A stretch of DNA of 64,000 bases from positions 467 through 64,466 of the forward strand of contig JAWOKN010000096.1 of assembly GCA_033854175.1 (NCBI GenBank), in the 5' to 3' direction. The position numbers and the translations under genes are program-made. The DNA comes from Bacteroidota bacterium. GTDB lineage: Bacteria; Bacteroidota; Ignavibacteria; UBA10030; SZUA-254. The notes under the pieces are model-generated. The model ran no database searches. It was given only the letters and a program-made list of their open reading frames with translations, and was not told the DNA's origin. This document shows, piece by piece, positions 10,031 through 22,290 of the stretch; the first letter of the stretch is position 1; every line of letters begins with the position of its first letter.

Positions 10031-10622
10031 ATTTCTCCATCATTGGATTTTGAGGGATGAACGTAATCGTGCGGGGCGTTATTTCTCTATCTCCGAGACG
10101 CAGTCCCTGAATCGTGACCGTAAGTTGCTCGCCGGCAATTTTATGCCAGTCATTTTCCCCCGTACGGTCCTCTCCGGAGAGATGAACAGTATTTGAGGAC
10201 CCCGGCGTGATCAGTAGAATTGGTAAAGGTAAGGATTTATCGTTATACATATAAGGGACATTCCGCGAAAACACCTTCGCGGCCGCATGGTCAAGGAAGA
10301 GGGTGTCCCTGGAGTCGTTCTTTATCTCAACTTCAATATCTGTTACAACCCCGTTATACATCTTATATGAGGCATGAAAAACATAGCTGAGGCTATCATG
10401 ACCGTCAGTAAAGGCATATTTCTCACATTGGCAGTTGTCCGTTGTCACAAGATAAGAATATGAACGATAAACAGACGGCTCGGGAGTTGCGGGTGGCGAT
10501 GACGTATTGGGGGTGGAACCTCCGACAAAGCGGGGGGAAGAAGAACATCCCTCCAAAACCAGAAATATTCCGCCGATGAACAGGGCTATAAACTGTAGAG
10601 AAATTCTTTCGACCATGACCAC
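10029..10622 (-). CDS. Hypothetical lipoprotein.
   Basis: N-terminal TM/signal with lipobox LEGCSSS. No recognisable domain. Confidence 0.6.
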   Translation of the reverse strand: MVMVERISLQFIALFIGGIFLVLEGCSSSPRFVGGSTPNTSSPPATPEPSVYRSYSYLVTTDNCQCEKYAFTDGHDSLSYVFHASYKMYNGVVTDIEVEIKNDSRDTLFLDHAAAKVFSRNVPYMYNDKSLPLPILLITPGSSNTVHLSGEDRTGENDWHKIAGEQLTVTIQGLRLGDREITPRTITFIPQNPMMEK

Positions 10623-10649
10623 GGGATTACCACAATGGTGTTGTGAAAT

Positions 10650-11759
10650 TTATCTCGCATTGCTACGAAGAGGTTTTTTTGCTTCGTGTCGTGCCTTCTG
10701 ATAACCAGGTTTGATTCTTTTATAGATAAGGTCTATTCTCTTTTTATATGGAAGGAAGGCACTCTTCATCGCATTGATGGTAAGTTTTTCAATATCATCA
10801 AGCGAAAGCCGGAAAACATCGTGCGCAAGCTTGAATTCTTTTGTCATATTCGTGTCGCTCATCAGTCGATCGTCCGTATTCAGTGTCACCCGGAATTTAT
10901 ACCGGTAATAGAGTCTGAACGGGTGTTCTTCAATGCTTTTTACCGCGCCGGTATCGACATTACTTGTGAGACAGAGTTCTAGTGGTATCCGTTTATCCAG
11001 AACATATTGCGCGAGATAACCCATACTGACGATTTCTGTCGGATCCTCGTCGTCGACTTTAATATCCTCGATTAACCGGGTCGCGTGACCAATGCGGTGT
11101 GCACCGCACCACTGAATTGCCTGCCAGATTGACTCCTTGCCGAAAGCCTCACCGGCGTGAATAGTGATGTTAAAGTTTTCGCGTTGGATATAATGGAAAG
11201 CATCGACATGTTTTTTAGGCGGGTAACCGCCCTCTTCGCCGGCCAGATCAAATCCCACCACACCCCTCTCCCTAAAATCGACCGCAAGCTCTGCCATTTC
11301 GGTTGAGAGAGTCATGTTGCGCATGGCGCAGATAATGAGCCCGAATTCGACACCAAAATCCCTTCTTCCGCGTTCGAGACCTCGCAAAACAGCGGTTACA
11401 ATCTCTTCCCAGTGAAGTCCTTGCTGGGTATGATAGACCGGGGCAAAACGTGTTTCGATGTACACAACGCCATCACGATGCATGTCTTCGATCATTTCGT
11501 ATGCTACCCGTTCGAGCCCCTCCTCTGTTTGCAATACCGCGGTCGTATGCGCAAATCCCTGAAGATACAGTGGGAGACTACCACGCAGCGCACCACGATG
11601 GAACCAGGTTTTCAATATATCTGGATCTTTCGACGGGAGTTTCTTGTACCCAACGTCTTTCGCAAGTTCGATGATCGTCCGGGGTCTCAGTCCTCCGTCG
11701 AGATGATCATGCAGAAGTACCTTGGGGAAAGATCGGATGAATTTTTCCGAGAGCTTCAT
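10650..11759 (-). CDS. add: Adenosine deaminase.
   Basis: Metal-binding HDHLDGG signature near the N-terminus. TIM-barrel deaminase motifs (HAGE, SLNTDD-like TLNTDDR). Confidence 0.9.
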   Translation of the reverse strand: MKLSEKFIRSFPKVLLHDHLDGGLRPRTIIELAKDVGYKKLPSKDPDILKTWFHRGALRGSLPLYLQGFAHTTAVLQTEEGLERVAYEMIEDMHRDGVVYIETRFAPVYHTQQGLHWEEIVTAVLRGLERGRRDFGVEFGLIICAMRNMTLSTEMAELAVDFRERGVVGFDLAGEEGGYPPKKHVDAFHYIQRENFNITIHAGEAFGKESIWQAIQWCGAHRIGHATRLIEDIKVDDEDPTEIVSMGYLAQYVLDKRIPLELCLTSNVDTGAVKSIEEHPFRLYYRYKFRVTLNTDDRLMSDTNMTKEFKLAHDVFRLSLDDIEKLTINAMKSAFLPYKKRIDLIYKRIKPGYQKARHEAKKPLRSNAR

Positions 11760-11910
11760 TGATGTTTTGATATGTAGATAATTATTTTTACAGAGGTATT
11801 ATATGGAAGACTACGACAAATGTACTAAGATGGGGTATGAATTGCAACGACGGATTTCTTTCCAAAGCTTGACAGACGTGAACGCCCGATTCATCACCGG
11901 GCGTCGTCGA

Positions 11911-14484
11911 TCACTTTTGCTTCCGACTCTTAGTACTGGACTGTTCAGATGATTTTTTCTTCACCCTTCCTGTTTTCTTCGCGTTCCCTTCTTTTGTCAC
12001 GGAATTTTCTTTGTCGTTCGCCTGAAGTAGTGTTGGATCCTTAACATCTTCTTTTTCCTCTTCTGACGGAACAACCGCCACGGCTGAAATTCTGTCTCCT
12101 TCATCAAGTCGTATCAGGCGTACCCCCTGGGTGTTCCTTCCGGCAACCCGGATTGTTTTAGCAGGCTGGCGAATGATGACCCCTCGGGTGGTTACAACGA
12201 CAACATCATCATTCTCCAGGACTTCTTTTATCGCAACCATTTTGCCGGTTTTTTCGGTGGCCTTAATCGTAAACACCCCCTTACCACCGCGATGGCTTAC
12301 CCGATATTCATCGAGGTCGCTTCGTTTTCCAAATCCATTCTCAGCCACTACTAGGATTGTCGTACTTTGTCGTCTTATGGCGACGGCACCGATTACCTTA
12401 TCCCCCTTGTTGAGTTTCACCGCTCTGACACCGGTCGCAGTTCTCCCCATTTGCCGCACTTCCTTCTCATTAAAGCGGATCGCCATTCCATAATTGGTGC
12501 CAATGATGATGTCGTTTGAACCGTCGGAAAGTTTGACATCTTTAACAGTATCGCCTTTCTGCAGCGAGATTGCGGCGATACCAGATCGTCGGATATTACT
12601 GTACTGATCGAGCTGGGTTTTCTTTATCATTCCCTGTTCGGTAACCATGACCACGCTGTGGGTATTGTCGAATTCCTGCACCGCGACAAAGGCCTCGATG
12701 TTTTCGTCCGGTTGTTTTTCAACAAGGTTCACAATTGGTTTCCCGCGTGCTGCCCGGCCAGCTTCCGGTATTTCGAACACCTTGAGCCAGTAACATCTCC
12801 CCTTATCAGTAAAGAACATAATATAGTGATGGGTTGAGGCGATGAACATATGCTCAATAAAATCGTCTTCCTTTGTCGTCGCACCTGTAACCCCTTTACC
12901 GCCGCGCGCTTGGCGACGGTACCCGGAAACGGGGAATCGTTTGATATAGCCGCTATGACTTATCGTAATGACGACATCCTCCTCCGCGATCATATCCTCG
13001 ATGCTGAATTCTTCGGCTTTATACACTACTTCGGTGTGTCGCACATCGCCGTATTTCTTCTTGATCTCGAGAAGTTCATCCTTGATTATCTGCATCTGGA
13101 GTTTTTTACTAGCAAGTATTGCACGAAGCCGTTCAATCAGTTTGATGGTTTCTTTATATTCCTCCTCGACCTTCTTCCGTTCAAGCCCCGTTAATTTCTG
13201 GAGACGCATATCAAGGATTGCCTTGGCCTGGATCTCCGATAGCTTAAACCGCCTCATCAGTCCATCCTGAGCCGCTGGAACATCCTTTGATTTCTTGATG
13301 AGTTTAATGATTTCGTCGATATTGTCGAGGGCAATGATATAACCTTCAAGTATGTGGGCTCGCTTTTCCGCCTCGTCGAGATCGAACTTGGTCCTCCGGA
13401 CAATTACATCATTCCGATGTTTCACGAAGTGGTTGATCAGTTGTCTCAGCGTAAGGATCTCGGGTTTTCCGTCAACAAGTGCAAGCATAATCACACCGAA
13501 GGTTGTCTGCATCTGGGTGTGTTTATAGAGATTATTCAGCACTACCGTTGCATTTGCGTCTCGCTTAAGCTCAATAACCACACGAAGACCGTCTCGGTCG
13601 GATTCGTCGCGGATATCCGAGATATCCTCAATTTTCTTGTCGTGCACAAGATCAGCGATCTTTTCAATGAGGCTCGCTTTATTCACCTGGTACGGAATCT
13701 CTGTTATAATAATTGATTGCCGGTCCCCGCGACCTGTTTCTATGGTTGCTTTTGCCCGTACAAGAATTCTTCCCCGACCTGTTTTGTAGGCATCCCGGAC
13801 CCCCTCATATCCATAGATAATTCCACCGGTCGGAAAGTCCGGCGCTTTGATGATTTTCATCAGTTTTGCATCTTCAAGGCCTGGTGTGTCAATGACAGTG
13901 ACACATCCATCGATAACCTCGGAAAGATTATGGGGAGGAATATTTGTGGTCATGCCAACAGCAATGCCGGCCGTTCCGTTGACGAGGAGGTTGGGCACAA
14001 GGGCGGGCAATACGGTCGGTTCTTTCAACGTGTCATCGAAATTCGGAGCGAACGCGACGGTATCCTTTTCAAGATCGCGCAGCATTTCCTCGGCCATTCT
14101 CGATAACCTTGCTTCGGTATACCGCATGGCGGCAGGAGAATCACCGTCGATCGAACCGAAATTTCCCTGCCCGTCGACGAGCGGGTAGCGGAGAGAAAAA
14201 TCCTGAGCCATCCGTACCATAGTATCATACACAGCCATGTCGCCGTGCGGGTGATATTTGCCGAGTACTTCACCGACGATACGCGCACTTTTTTTATACG
14301 GTCTGTTGCTTGCAAGATTGAGTTCACTCATGCCAAACAACACCCGTCTGTGCACGGGTTTCAGGCCATCGCGGACATCGGGCAATGCCCGTGCAACGAT
14401 CACGCTCATCGCATAATCGATATATGAGCCCTTCATTTCTTCTTCAATATCGACGGGCACTACTTTTCCATTCACAACAGCCAT
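11911..14484 (-). CDS. gyrA: DNA gyrase subunit A.
   Basis: 857 aa. Conserved topoisomerase IV/gyrase A N-terminal domain ([23 protein letters not shown], active-site region) and C-terminal beta-pinwheel repeats. Lys-rich C-terminal tail. Confidence 0.97.
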   Translation of the reverse strand: MAVVNGKVVPVDIEEEMKGSYIDYAMSVIVARALPDVRDGLKPVHRRVLFGMSELNLASNRPYKKSARIVGEVLGKYHPHGDMAVYDTMVRMAQDFSLRYPLVDGQGNFGSIDGDSPAAMRYTEARLSRMAEEMLRDLEKDTVAFAPNFDDTLKEPTVLPALVPNLLVNGTAGIAVGMTTNIPPHNLSEVIDGCVTVIDTPGLEDAKLMKIIKAPDFPTGGIIYGYEGVRDAYKTGRGRILVRAKATIETGRGDRQSIIITEIPYQVNKASLIEKIADLVHDKKIEDISDIRDESDRDGLRVVIELKRDANATVVLNNLYKHTQMQTTFGVIMLALVDGKPEILTLRQLINHFVKHRNDVIVRRTKFDLDEAEKRAHILEGYIIALDNIDEIIKLIKKSKDVPAAQDGLMRRFKLSEIQAKAILDMRLQKLTGLERKKVEEEYKETIKLIERLRAILASKKLQMQIIKDELLEIKKKYGDVRHTEVVYKAEEFSIEDMIAEEDVVITISHSGYIKRFPVSGYRRQARGGKGVTGATTKEDDFIEHMFIASTHHYIMFFTDKGRCYWLKVFEIPEAGRAARGKPIVNLVEKQPDENIEAFVAVQEFDNTHSVVMVTEQGMIKKTQLDQYSNIRRSGIAAISLQKGDTVKDVKLSDGSNDIIIGTNYGMAIRFNEKEVRQMGRTATGVRAVKLNKGDKVIGAVAIRRQSTTILVVAENGFGKRSDLDEYRVSHRGGKGVFTIKATEKTGKMVAIKEVLENDDVVVVTTRGVIIRQPAKTIRVAGRNTQGVRLIRLDEGDRISAVAVVPSEEEKEDVKDPTLLQANDKENSVTKEGNAKKTGRVKKKSSEQSSTKSRKQK

Positions 14485-14515
14485 AAATTCTATATCTCCG
14501 TCATTCGGTCAGACA

Positions 14516-16603
<2,088 letters not shown>

Positions 16604-16894
16604 TTAACGAAAAACAATGTCTTTGACGATATCTTTCCCGATCGTCGTGTTGATTTTATCAATGATTTCCTTCTTAAAGAACACCAATTCATTCCGCCAG
16701 GGGGCTCGGGCTACGTGAACATAGAGCCGGCCTTCATGAATCCGTTCGGCGACTGCAACATTGGCAATTCGCTTGCCCACAATCATGGGCCAGATATCGA
16801 CCGCTGTATACTCATCTATTTTACGGCTTAACCCGAGTGATGAAATTGTACGGTCAAGCGATGTTCGTATAAGTTTAGGCGCTGACGATGTCAT
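16604..16894 (-). CDS. DUF721 domain protein (DciA-like) in the conserved recF-gyrB slot.
   Basis: 96-aa protein with the DUF721 pattern (DIWPMIVGKRIANVAVAERIHEGRLYVHVARAPWRNEL). It sits between recF and gyrB, as is typical. Confidence 0.8.
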   Translation of the reverse strand: MTSSAPKLIRTSLDRTISSLGLSRKIDEYTAVDIWPMIVGKRIANVAVAERIHEGRLYVHVARAPWRNELVFFKKEIIDKINTTIGKDIVKDIVFR

Positions 16895-18030
16895 TCGGTT
16901 CTCACCTGATTGAGAATGACGGAACCGTTTTGCACCGTAAACAGCCGATCCCGTTCGCGATTTTTACCATCGAAATAATGTGGGTTCGTCGACGTGATAA
17001 ACGTCTGACTTACGTCGCTGACAAAATCAAGCAGTCGCTTCGCCCGATGCTCGTCAAGTTCACTAAAGACATCATCAAGCAGCATCAAGGGCGTTTCCTT
17101 GCAGCGTTCACCGAGGTAGTAGAATTCGCCAATTTTCAGAGCGACCAGAAATGTTTTATGTTGACCTTGGGACGCAAATTTCCGAAGCTCAAAATTATTT
17201 ATCGCAAATACGAACTCATCCCTGTGCGGACCGACGAGAGTTGTCCCTACGCGCTGTTCCTCCGGCTCCGCTTTTTCAATCGCATCCCGGAATGCCCTGG
17301 CGATTGCCTCCTGTCCGTCTCCAGTTTCACACGGCACGGATGGCTGGTAAACGATTGAAGGTGTTTCGTCATCGGTGACAAGCTTATGGTAGGCGTCGAC
17401 GATACAGTTCTGAAACTCATCAACGAACTGGTTCCGCTTCGTCATAAGAGAACTTCCCTGTACCACCAGTTGGTCATTCCACGGGATTATCTCCTGTCCA
17501 ATTTGACGTTTATACAATCTCCCATCGAGCAGTACTTTATTTCGCTGTTTTAGTACGCGCCGATACTCGATCAGCGATTGGAAGTATGCGACACTCGCCT
17601 GGGATATTACGAGATCCACGAACCTGCGGCGTTCAAGCGGTCCACCGGCTGTAATCGAAGAGTGCTCGGGAGATGATATAACAATCGGAAATTTCCCTAT
17701 TATAGACGAAAGCGGTTCGATACGTTGTTTGTTAACGGTAACAAGCTTTTCACCGGTTGATGCCTGGTACGCCACGCGGACACGAGATTCCTTTTCACGG
17801 TCCGACTGAAAGGTCCCTTCGACTTCAAACAGGTCTGAACCGACCGCAACTGCGAGGAGATCGTTCGTGGCATAAAAACTTTTTGTAAGGCATAGATAGG
17901 AAATGGCCTCAAGCACATTCGTTTTACCGTGTCCGTTATCACCGAGAAGAATATTAGCCCCCTCCCCAAATTCAAAGTACGACCCCTGATGATTGCGGAA
18001 ATGTTGGATCTTCAGCGTTATCAATCGCAT
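16891..18030 (-). CDS. recF: DNA replication/repair protein RecF.
   Basis: N-terminal Walker A motif GDNGHGKTN and SMC-like signature. Position between dnaN and gyrB. Confidence 0.95.
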   Translation of the reverse strand: MRLITLKIQHFRNHQGSYFEFGEGANILLGDNGHGKTNVLEAISYLCLTKSFYATNDLLAVAVGSDLFEVEGTFQSDREKESRVRVAYQASTGEKLVTVNKQRIEPLSSIIGKFPIVISSPEHSSITAGGPLERRRFVDLVISQASVAYFQSLIEYRRVLKQRNKVLLDGRLYKRQIGQEIIPWNDQLVVQGSSLMTKRNQFVDEFQNCIVDAYHKLVTDDETPSIVYQPSVPCETGDGQEAIARAFRDAIEKAEPEEQRVGTTLVGPHRDEFVFAINNFELRKFASQGQHKTFLVALKIGEFYYLGERCKETPLMLLDDVFSELDEHRAKRLLDFVSDVSQTFITSTNPHYFDGKNRERDRLFTVQNGSVILNQVRTE

Positions 18031-18043
18031 GTACTCTGTATCG

Positions 18044-19156
18044 TCAGCTATTCAGGCGAACAGGCATAATCAGCATCAATAGATTCTCGCCGTCGCGCTG
18101 CGTAACCGGTTGCACTATTGTGGCTCTCGTCGGTGTGCTGAAACGGAAGACCGCTTCATCGGTATCGATGTGAGAAAGAACATCAAGGATATAGGTTGAA
18201 TTAAATCCAATCTCGAGCGGCTCTGATGAATAATCGCATGTGATCACCTCCCGTGCCTCACTGCCGAAATCGATATCCTCAGCAGAGACAGTCAAGGAAG
18301 ATTTCTTGAGTGCAAACCTCACTTGGTGATTAGTAGTGCTCGCATAGAGTGCGGTCCGGCGGACGGAGGATAGTAGCTGTTGTTTATCAACAACGAGTGT
18401 TTTCTCGTTTTCCGAAGGTATAACGCTTTCGTAATTCGGATATTTTTCGCCGATCATGCGCGCGATAATTGTCGTACTGTCAAATGTGAACATTACATGA
18501 TTCTCATCGAAGGTTACACAATGTTGCTTGTCCGATGACGACTTTGCCACAATATTCAGGGCCTTTGCGGGAACAACAATATCCCTATCCACTGAAGGTG
18601 AAATAGATGTATTAATATATCGCACGAGTCTATGTCCATCGGTAGCTACGGATCGTATCTCTTTTTTTGTTATTTGAAAAAGGATCCCCATCATCGAGGG
18701 TCTCAGCTCATCGGCGCTGACGGCAAATGCGGCCTTGTTGATAAGCCTACGGAGAACATCTCCCCCCATCTCAATCTTCGATTTACCCTCAAATGTTGGT
18801 AATGTTGGAAAATTCTCGCTCGCTTCTCCGGTAAGCTTATATTCCCCATTTATGGTTTTCGTGAGGATCTTGTTTGATTGTGTGTCTGCAATAAATTCGA
18901 TATCCGTATTCGGGAGAGAACGGATTGTTTCAGAAAATCTTCGTGCAGGAATGGCGATTTTACCGTCTGCCGCATTGTTTACCTTAAGAGATGTCAGAAT
19001 CGATGTATCCAGGTCGGTCGCGGTAATTGTCAATATCGATTTTGAGACGTCAAAGAGGAAATTTTCTAAAATCGGTAGGGTAGATTTTGCTGGAATAACA
19101 CTGCCGACATTGCCGAGTACTTTTTGCAGATCGTTACTTGGGACAGAAAATTTCAT
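18044..19156 (-). CDS. dnaN: DNA polymerase III beta sliding clamp.
   Basis: 370 aa with three-domain beta-clamp architecture, immediately downstream of dnaA. Confidence 0.95.
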   Translation of the reverse strand: MKFSVPSNDLQKVLGNVGSVIPAKSTLPILENFLFDVSKSILTITATDLDTSILTSLKVNNAADGKIAIPARRFSETIRSLPNTDIEFIADTQSNKILTKTINGEYKLTGEASENFPTLPTFEGKSKIEMGGDVLRRLINKAAFAVSADELRPSMMGILFQITKKEIRSVATDGHRLVRYINTSISPSVDRDIVVPAKALNIVAKSSSDKQHCVTFDENHVMFTFDSTTIIARMIGEKYPNYESVIPSENEKTLVVDKQQLLSSVRRTALYASTTNHQVRFALKKSSLTVSAEDIDFGSEAREVITCDYSSEPLEIGFNSTYILDVLSHIDTDEAVFRFSTPTRATIVQPVTQRDGENLLMLIMPVRLNS

Positions 19157-19516
19157 TCCATTATTCCCTTAGGAAATTGAGATTTGATGCTAAAATTTAG
19201 ATAAGAAAAGTACAAATTTTTTATCACATTTACAATGATAGAACCGGTGCAACTATATTAAATATAATAAGTTATAGAGATAAAAAGAATAAGATGATTT
19301 AGCCTGTTGATATGTTGATAGAATGATAAATTCCATGTGTAAGATTCAGTTTACAGATAAAATCTTTCAGACGAACGTGGAAAATATCTGTAAAATTATT
19401 GATGAATTCGTACATGTGGCCTGAAATTATCAGTTGTTCACCCCGAGTGAACAGATATGCACAGACATTTACACATATTTTTCCACAACGTTGACGTATG
19501 TGACTGAATAAAATCG
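19157..19516. promoter_or_regulatory. AT-rich dnaA-dnaN intergenic region carrying DnaA-box-like 9-mers. It could be a second origin module or DNA-unwinding element and may also hold the dnaN promoter.
   Basis: Very AT-rich stretch at 19250-19300. TTTTCCACA at 19479-19487. TGTGGTTAA at 19523-19531, overlapping the dnaA 3' end. Inverted repeat TGTTCAC-N5-GTGAACA at 19435-19453. Confidence 0.5.
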
Positions 19517-20989
19517 TTAGCGTGTGGTTAATTCAAGTTTAGATCGAAGTTGAAGAATCAGAGATTTTTGTTTCGGGTCCATCCTCATACCATCTTCAAT
19601 GGTCTGATAGGCATGGATGACAGTACTATGATCGCGTCCGCCAAAGTGAAGACCGATCGTTTTCAGAGAAGAGTTTGTCAGTTCCTTAGCCAGGTACATG
19701 GCGATCTGCCGGGCATTAACAACCTCCTGTTTCCTGGTTTTTGCTCGGAGGAGATCTTCAGGAATTTTTAAATAGTCACACACAATACGCTGAATTTCTT
19801 CTATCGTAATATGAGTTCGGACCTCACCGATGATGGAGCGCACGACATCCTTTGCCAGATCGATGCTGATGGGACGATTTTCATATGATGACCGTGCAAG
19901 GAGGCTGATCAGACAGCCTTCCAGTTCACGGATGTTTGAGGTGACATTTTCCGCGATGAAAACAACCACATCGTGAGACAGATCGACTCCTTCATCACTG
20001 CTTTTTTTCCTGAGTATTGCGATGCGGGTTTCAAGATCTGGTGGTTGGATGTCTGCGGTAAGCCCCCACTGGAATCTTGAAATGAGACGTTCGTTCAATC
20101 CCTTCAGTTCTTTTGGCGGTTTGTCCGATGACAAAACGATTTGTTTTCCCAGATGATGAAGTGAGTTGAATGTATGAAAGAAGCTATCCTGGGTTTTCTC
20201 CTTTCCGGCGAAAAATTGAATATCATCGACAATAAGGAGGTCAACACTCCTATAAAACGATGAAAAATCTCCTACTCGGTCCTTCTGGATGGCCTCAACA
20301 AAATCTACAGTGAATTTTTCGCTTGAGGTGTATAAAACGCGTTTTGAGGGGTCCGATTGAAGAATATGGTTTCCTATCGCGTGGACGAGGTGAGTTTTTC
20401 CTAAGCCAACACCGCCATAAATAACCAATGGATTGAACGATGTTCCGCCGGGATTATTTGCAACAGCCTGTGCTGCGGCACGCGCAAACTGATTGCTTTC
20501 GCCTTTTATGTAATTATCAAATATATAACGGGGATTCAATGATGTGTTGAATGTGTTGCGATTTGTTGAGCTTGGCTTAGCGACCGGTTCTCCTGATGGT
20601 GCGGGGAGGACATTCTCAGCTGTTAGTGATATTTCGGCATGAGAATCTGCATGTCCAATTTCCGTAGTCTCCTGGATGATCTCATGGTCCTCTATTGCTA
20701 TGTCGAATTCTATCGATGATTCACGATGGAGAACTTTTGTCAATACTTCATTGATCAGGGAATAATAATGCTCTTCAAGCCACTCTGAAAAAAACTGACT
20801 AGGGACTTTTATGACTAAACGGTTATCAAATAGTCCTACCGGTTCAATTGGTTCGAACCAGGTTTTAAAGCTCTGGCTATTGACGCGTTCCCGAATGAAG
20901 GATAGACACTCTTTCCAGATACTTCCGGCCGATTCATTTCGAGGAACGGCGTCAATGAATATATCTTTCTCACCTGAATTTAGGTCCAT
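19517..20989 (-). CDS. dnaA: Chromosomal replication initiator protein DnaA.
   Basis: AAA+ domain with Walker A GGVGLGKTHL and a C-terminal DnaA-box-binding helix-turn-helix. Start set at MDLNSGEKDIF. Confidence 0.97.
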   Translation of the reverse strand: MDLNSGEKDIFIDAVPRNESAGSIWKECLSFIRERVNSQSFKTWFEPIEPVGLFDNRLVIKVPSQFFSEWLEEHYYSLINEVLTKVLHRESSIEFDIAIEDHEIIQETTEIGHADSHAEISLTAENVLPAPSGEPVAKPSSTNRNTFNTSLNPRYIFDNYIKGESNQFARAAAQAVANNPGGTSFNPLVIYGGVGLGKTHLVHAIGNHILQSDPSKRVLYTSSEKFTVDFVEAIQKDRVGDFSSFYRSVDLLIVDDIQFFAGKEKTQDSFFHTFNSLHHLGKQIVLSSDKPPKELKGLNERLISRFQWGLTADIQPPDLETRIAILRKKSSDEGVDLSHDVVVFIAENVTSNIRELEGCLISLLARSSYENRPISIDLAKDVVRSIIGEVRTHITIEEIQRIVCDYLKIPEDLLRAKTRKQEVVNARQIAMYLAKELTNSSLKTIGLHFGGRDHSTVIHAYQTIEDGMRMDPKQKSLILQLRSKLELTTR

Positions 20990-21010
20990 GTTATCAACTC
21001 TTCTAAACAA

Positions 21011-21462
21011 TTGAAAATTATGGATTTAACGCATTAATATCACCGGTAATAACAAGTTATCAACACCTTTATCAACCTGGTCGGTATGCAATGGTTCTCC
21101 GGGATCACAAAGACGGATATTTTTGCAATATTTTGCAGATTCAACCAGTTTACCTTCCAGTAGTAACCGGCGATTGTTAACATTTTACTTTAAGAACAAA
21201 CTTGATGTTTTTGATGATGTTGGACGGTTTGAGAGCAGTTTCTGAAGTTGTCCACAATTTGTCAACATCAATGATACCCCCGCGGCTAGTATATTATACA
21301 AAGTTTCATTTCACATGGCAAGAGAAAAATGAAAGGTTTTTCAGGTTTGTTTTTCCATCATCATTTCATTATATTTTATAAGAATTTTTGCGAGTATACC
21401 GAAGAGGATTGTGTATGACAATCCTTTTTTTATAACATCATCCACGATCGGAGTTTTTGTAC
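21011..21462. promoter_or_regulatory. Putative oriC in the dnaA-rpmH divergent intergenic region, with DnaA boxes and AT-rich tracts.
   Basis: TTGTCCACA at 21248-21256, TTGTCAACA at 21259-21267, TTATCAACA at 21057-21065, TTATCAACC at 21069-21077. AT-rich tracts at 21360-21440. Gene orientation switches strand here. Confidence 0.6.
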
Positions 21463-21609
21463 ATGAAGAGAACATTTCAGCCGAGTAATGTGAAAAGGAA
21501 AAACAAACACGGTTTTCGCCATCGGATGAAAACAAAAGACGGAAGAACGGTCCTTGCGCGGCGAAGGGCAAAAGGCCGGTGGAAGCTGACCGTGAGTGAC
21601 GAACGGTAA
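21463..21609 (+). CDS. rpmH: 50S ribosomal protein L34.
   Basis: Not in the supplied ORF track. Translation [48 protein letters not shown] is the canonical L34 sequence. Confidence 0.95.
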   Translation: MKRTFQPSNVKRKNKHGFRHRMKTKDGRTVLARRRAKGRWKLTVSDER

Positions 21610-21633
21610 TTTGTCGTAGAAGAGATTTTTGCA

Positions 21634-22044
21634 TTGTTAAAGCAGACTCTCCGAAAATCAGAAATTCTGAGAGGGCAAAAAAATTATTCATTAGTATTTC
21701 AACGCGGTAAAAGGATTGAAGGTACATTTCTACGGGGTTTCTGCTTTGTTGGTCCGATAGATCATCCAACTGTCCCAGGGGGACATCGCATCGGGTTTGT
21801 CGTATCGAAAAATGTTCGCCGTGCAGTCGATCGTAATAGAATGAAAAGACTCCTCCGTGAATCCTATCGTCGGAATAAGGAGATCCTCCGTAACACTCTA
21901 ACGGCTTCGAACACACCATTGTCAATTATCTTTTTGTACTCACGGCACGTGAAGCATTCCGACGAACTTCCCACATTTCGTGAAGTTGAGGAAGAGGTAA
22001 AAAGCATCATGCAAACAATTATCCGCAGGTTGGCAGCATTGTGA
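21634..22044 (+). CDS. rnpA: Ribonuclease P protein component.
   Basis: Basic 136-aa protein directly after rpmH. Has the conserved RNR-type basic motif ([20 protein letters not shown]). Confidence 0.9.
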   Translation: MLKQTLRKSEILRGQKNYSLVFQRGKRIEGTFLRGFCFVGPIDHPTVPGGHRIGFVVSKNVRRAVDRNRMKRLLRESYRRNKEILRNTLTASNTPLSIIFLYSRHVKHSDELPTFREVEEEVKSIMQTIIRRLAAL

Positions 22045-22253
22045 ATAAAATTTTAATAGGATTTCTTCAATTCTACAAACGGGTACTTTCTCCCGCTCTG
22101 CCCGGAAATACATGCCGTTTTTACCCAAGCTGTTCCTCCTACGCGATAGAGTCTCTCAGGCGACACGGAGTTTTCAAGGGAACAGCCCTCAGCATAAAGC
22201 GTGTTCTGAAGTGCCATCCTCTGCATCCGGGCGGTTTCGACCCCGTGCCATGA
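22041..22253 (+). CDS. yidD: Membrane protein insertion efficiency factor YidD.
   Basis: 70 aa with conserved YPSCSSY and HGxxKG motifs. Overlaps the rnpA stop. Confidence 0.9.
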   Translation: MNKILIGFLQFYKRVLSPALPGNTCRFYPSCSSYAIESLRRHGVFKGTALSIKRVLKCHPLHPGGFDPVP

Positions 22254-22290
22254 TTCTGCAGAGGGGGAAAATTTTTACAGAAAGACAGGT

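Noticed and set aside
11868-11900. Perfect 8-bp stem hairpin GACGCCCG-N8-CGGGCGTC just downstream of gyrA.
   Set aside because: There is no U-tract on either strand adjacent to the stem, so I am not calling it an intrinsic terminator.
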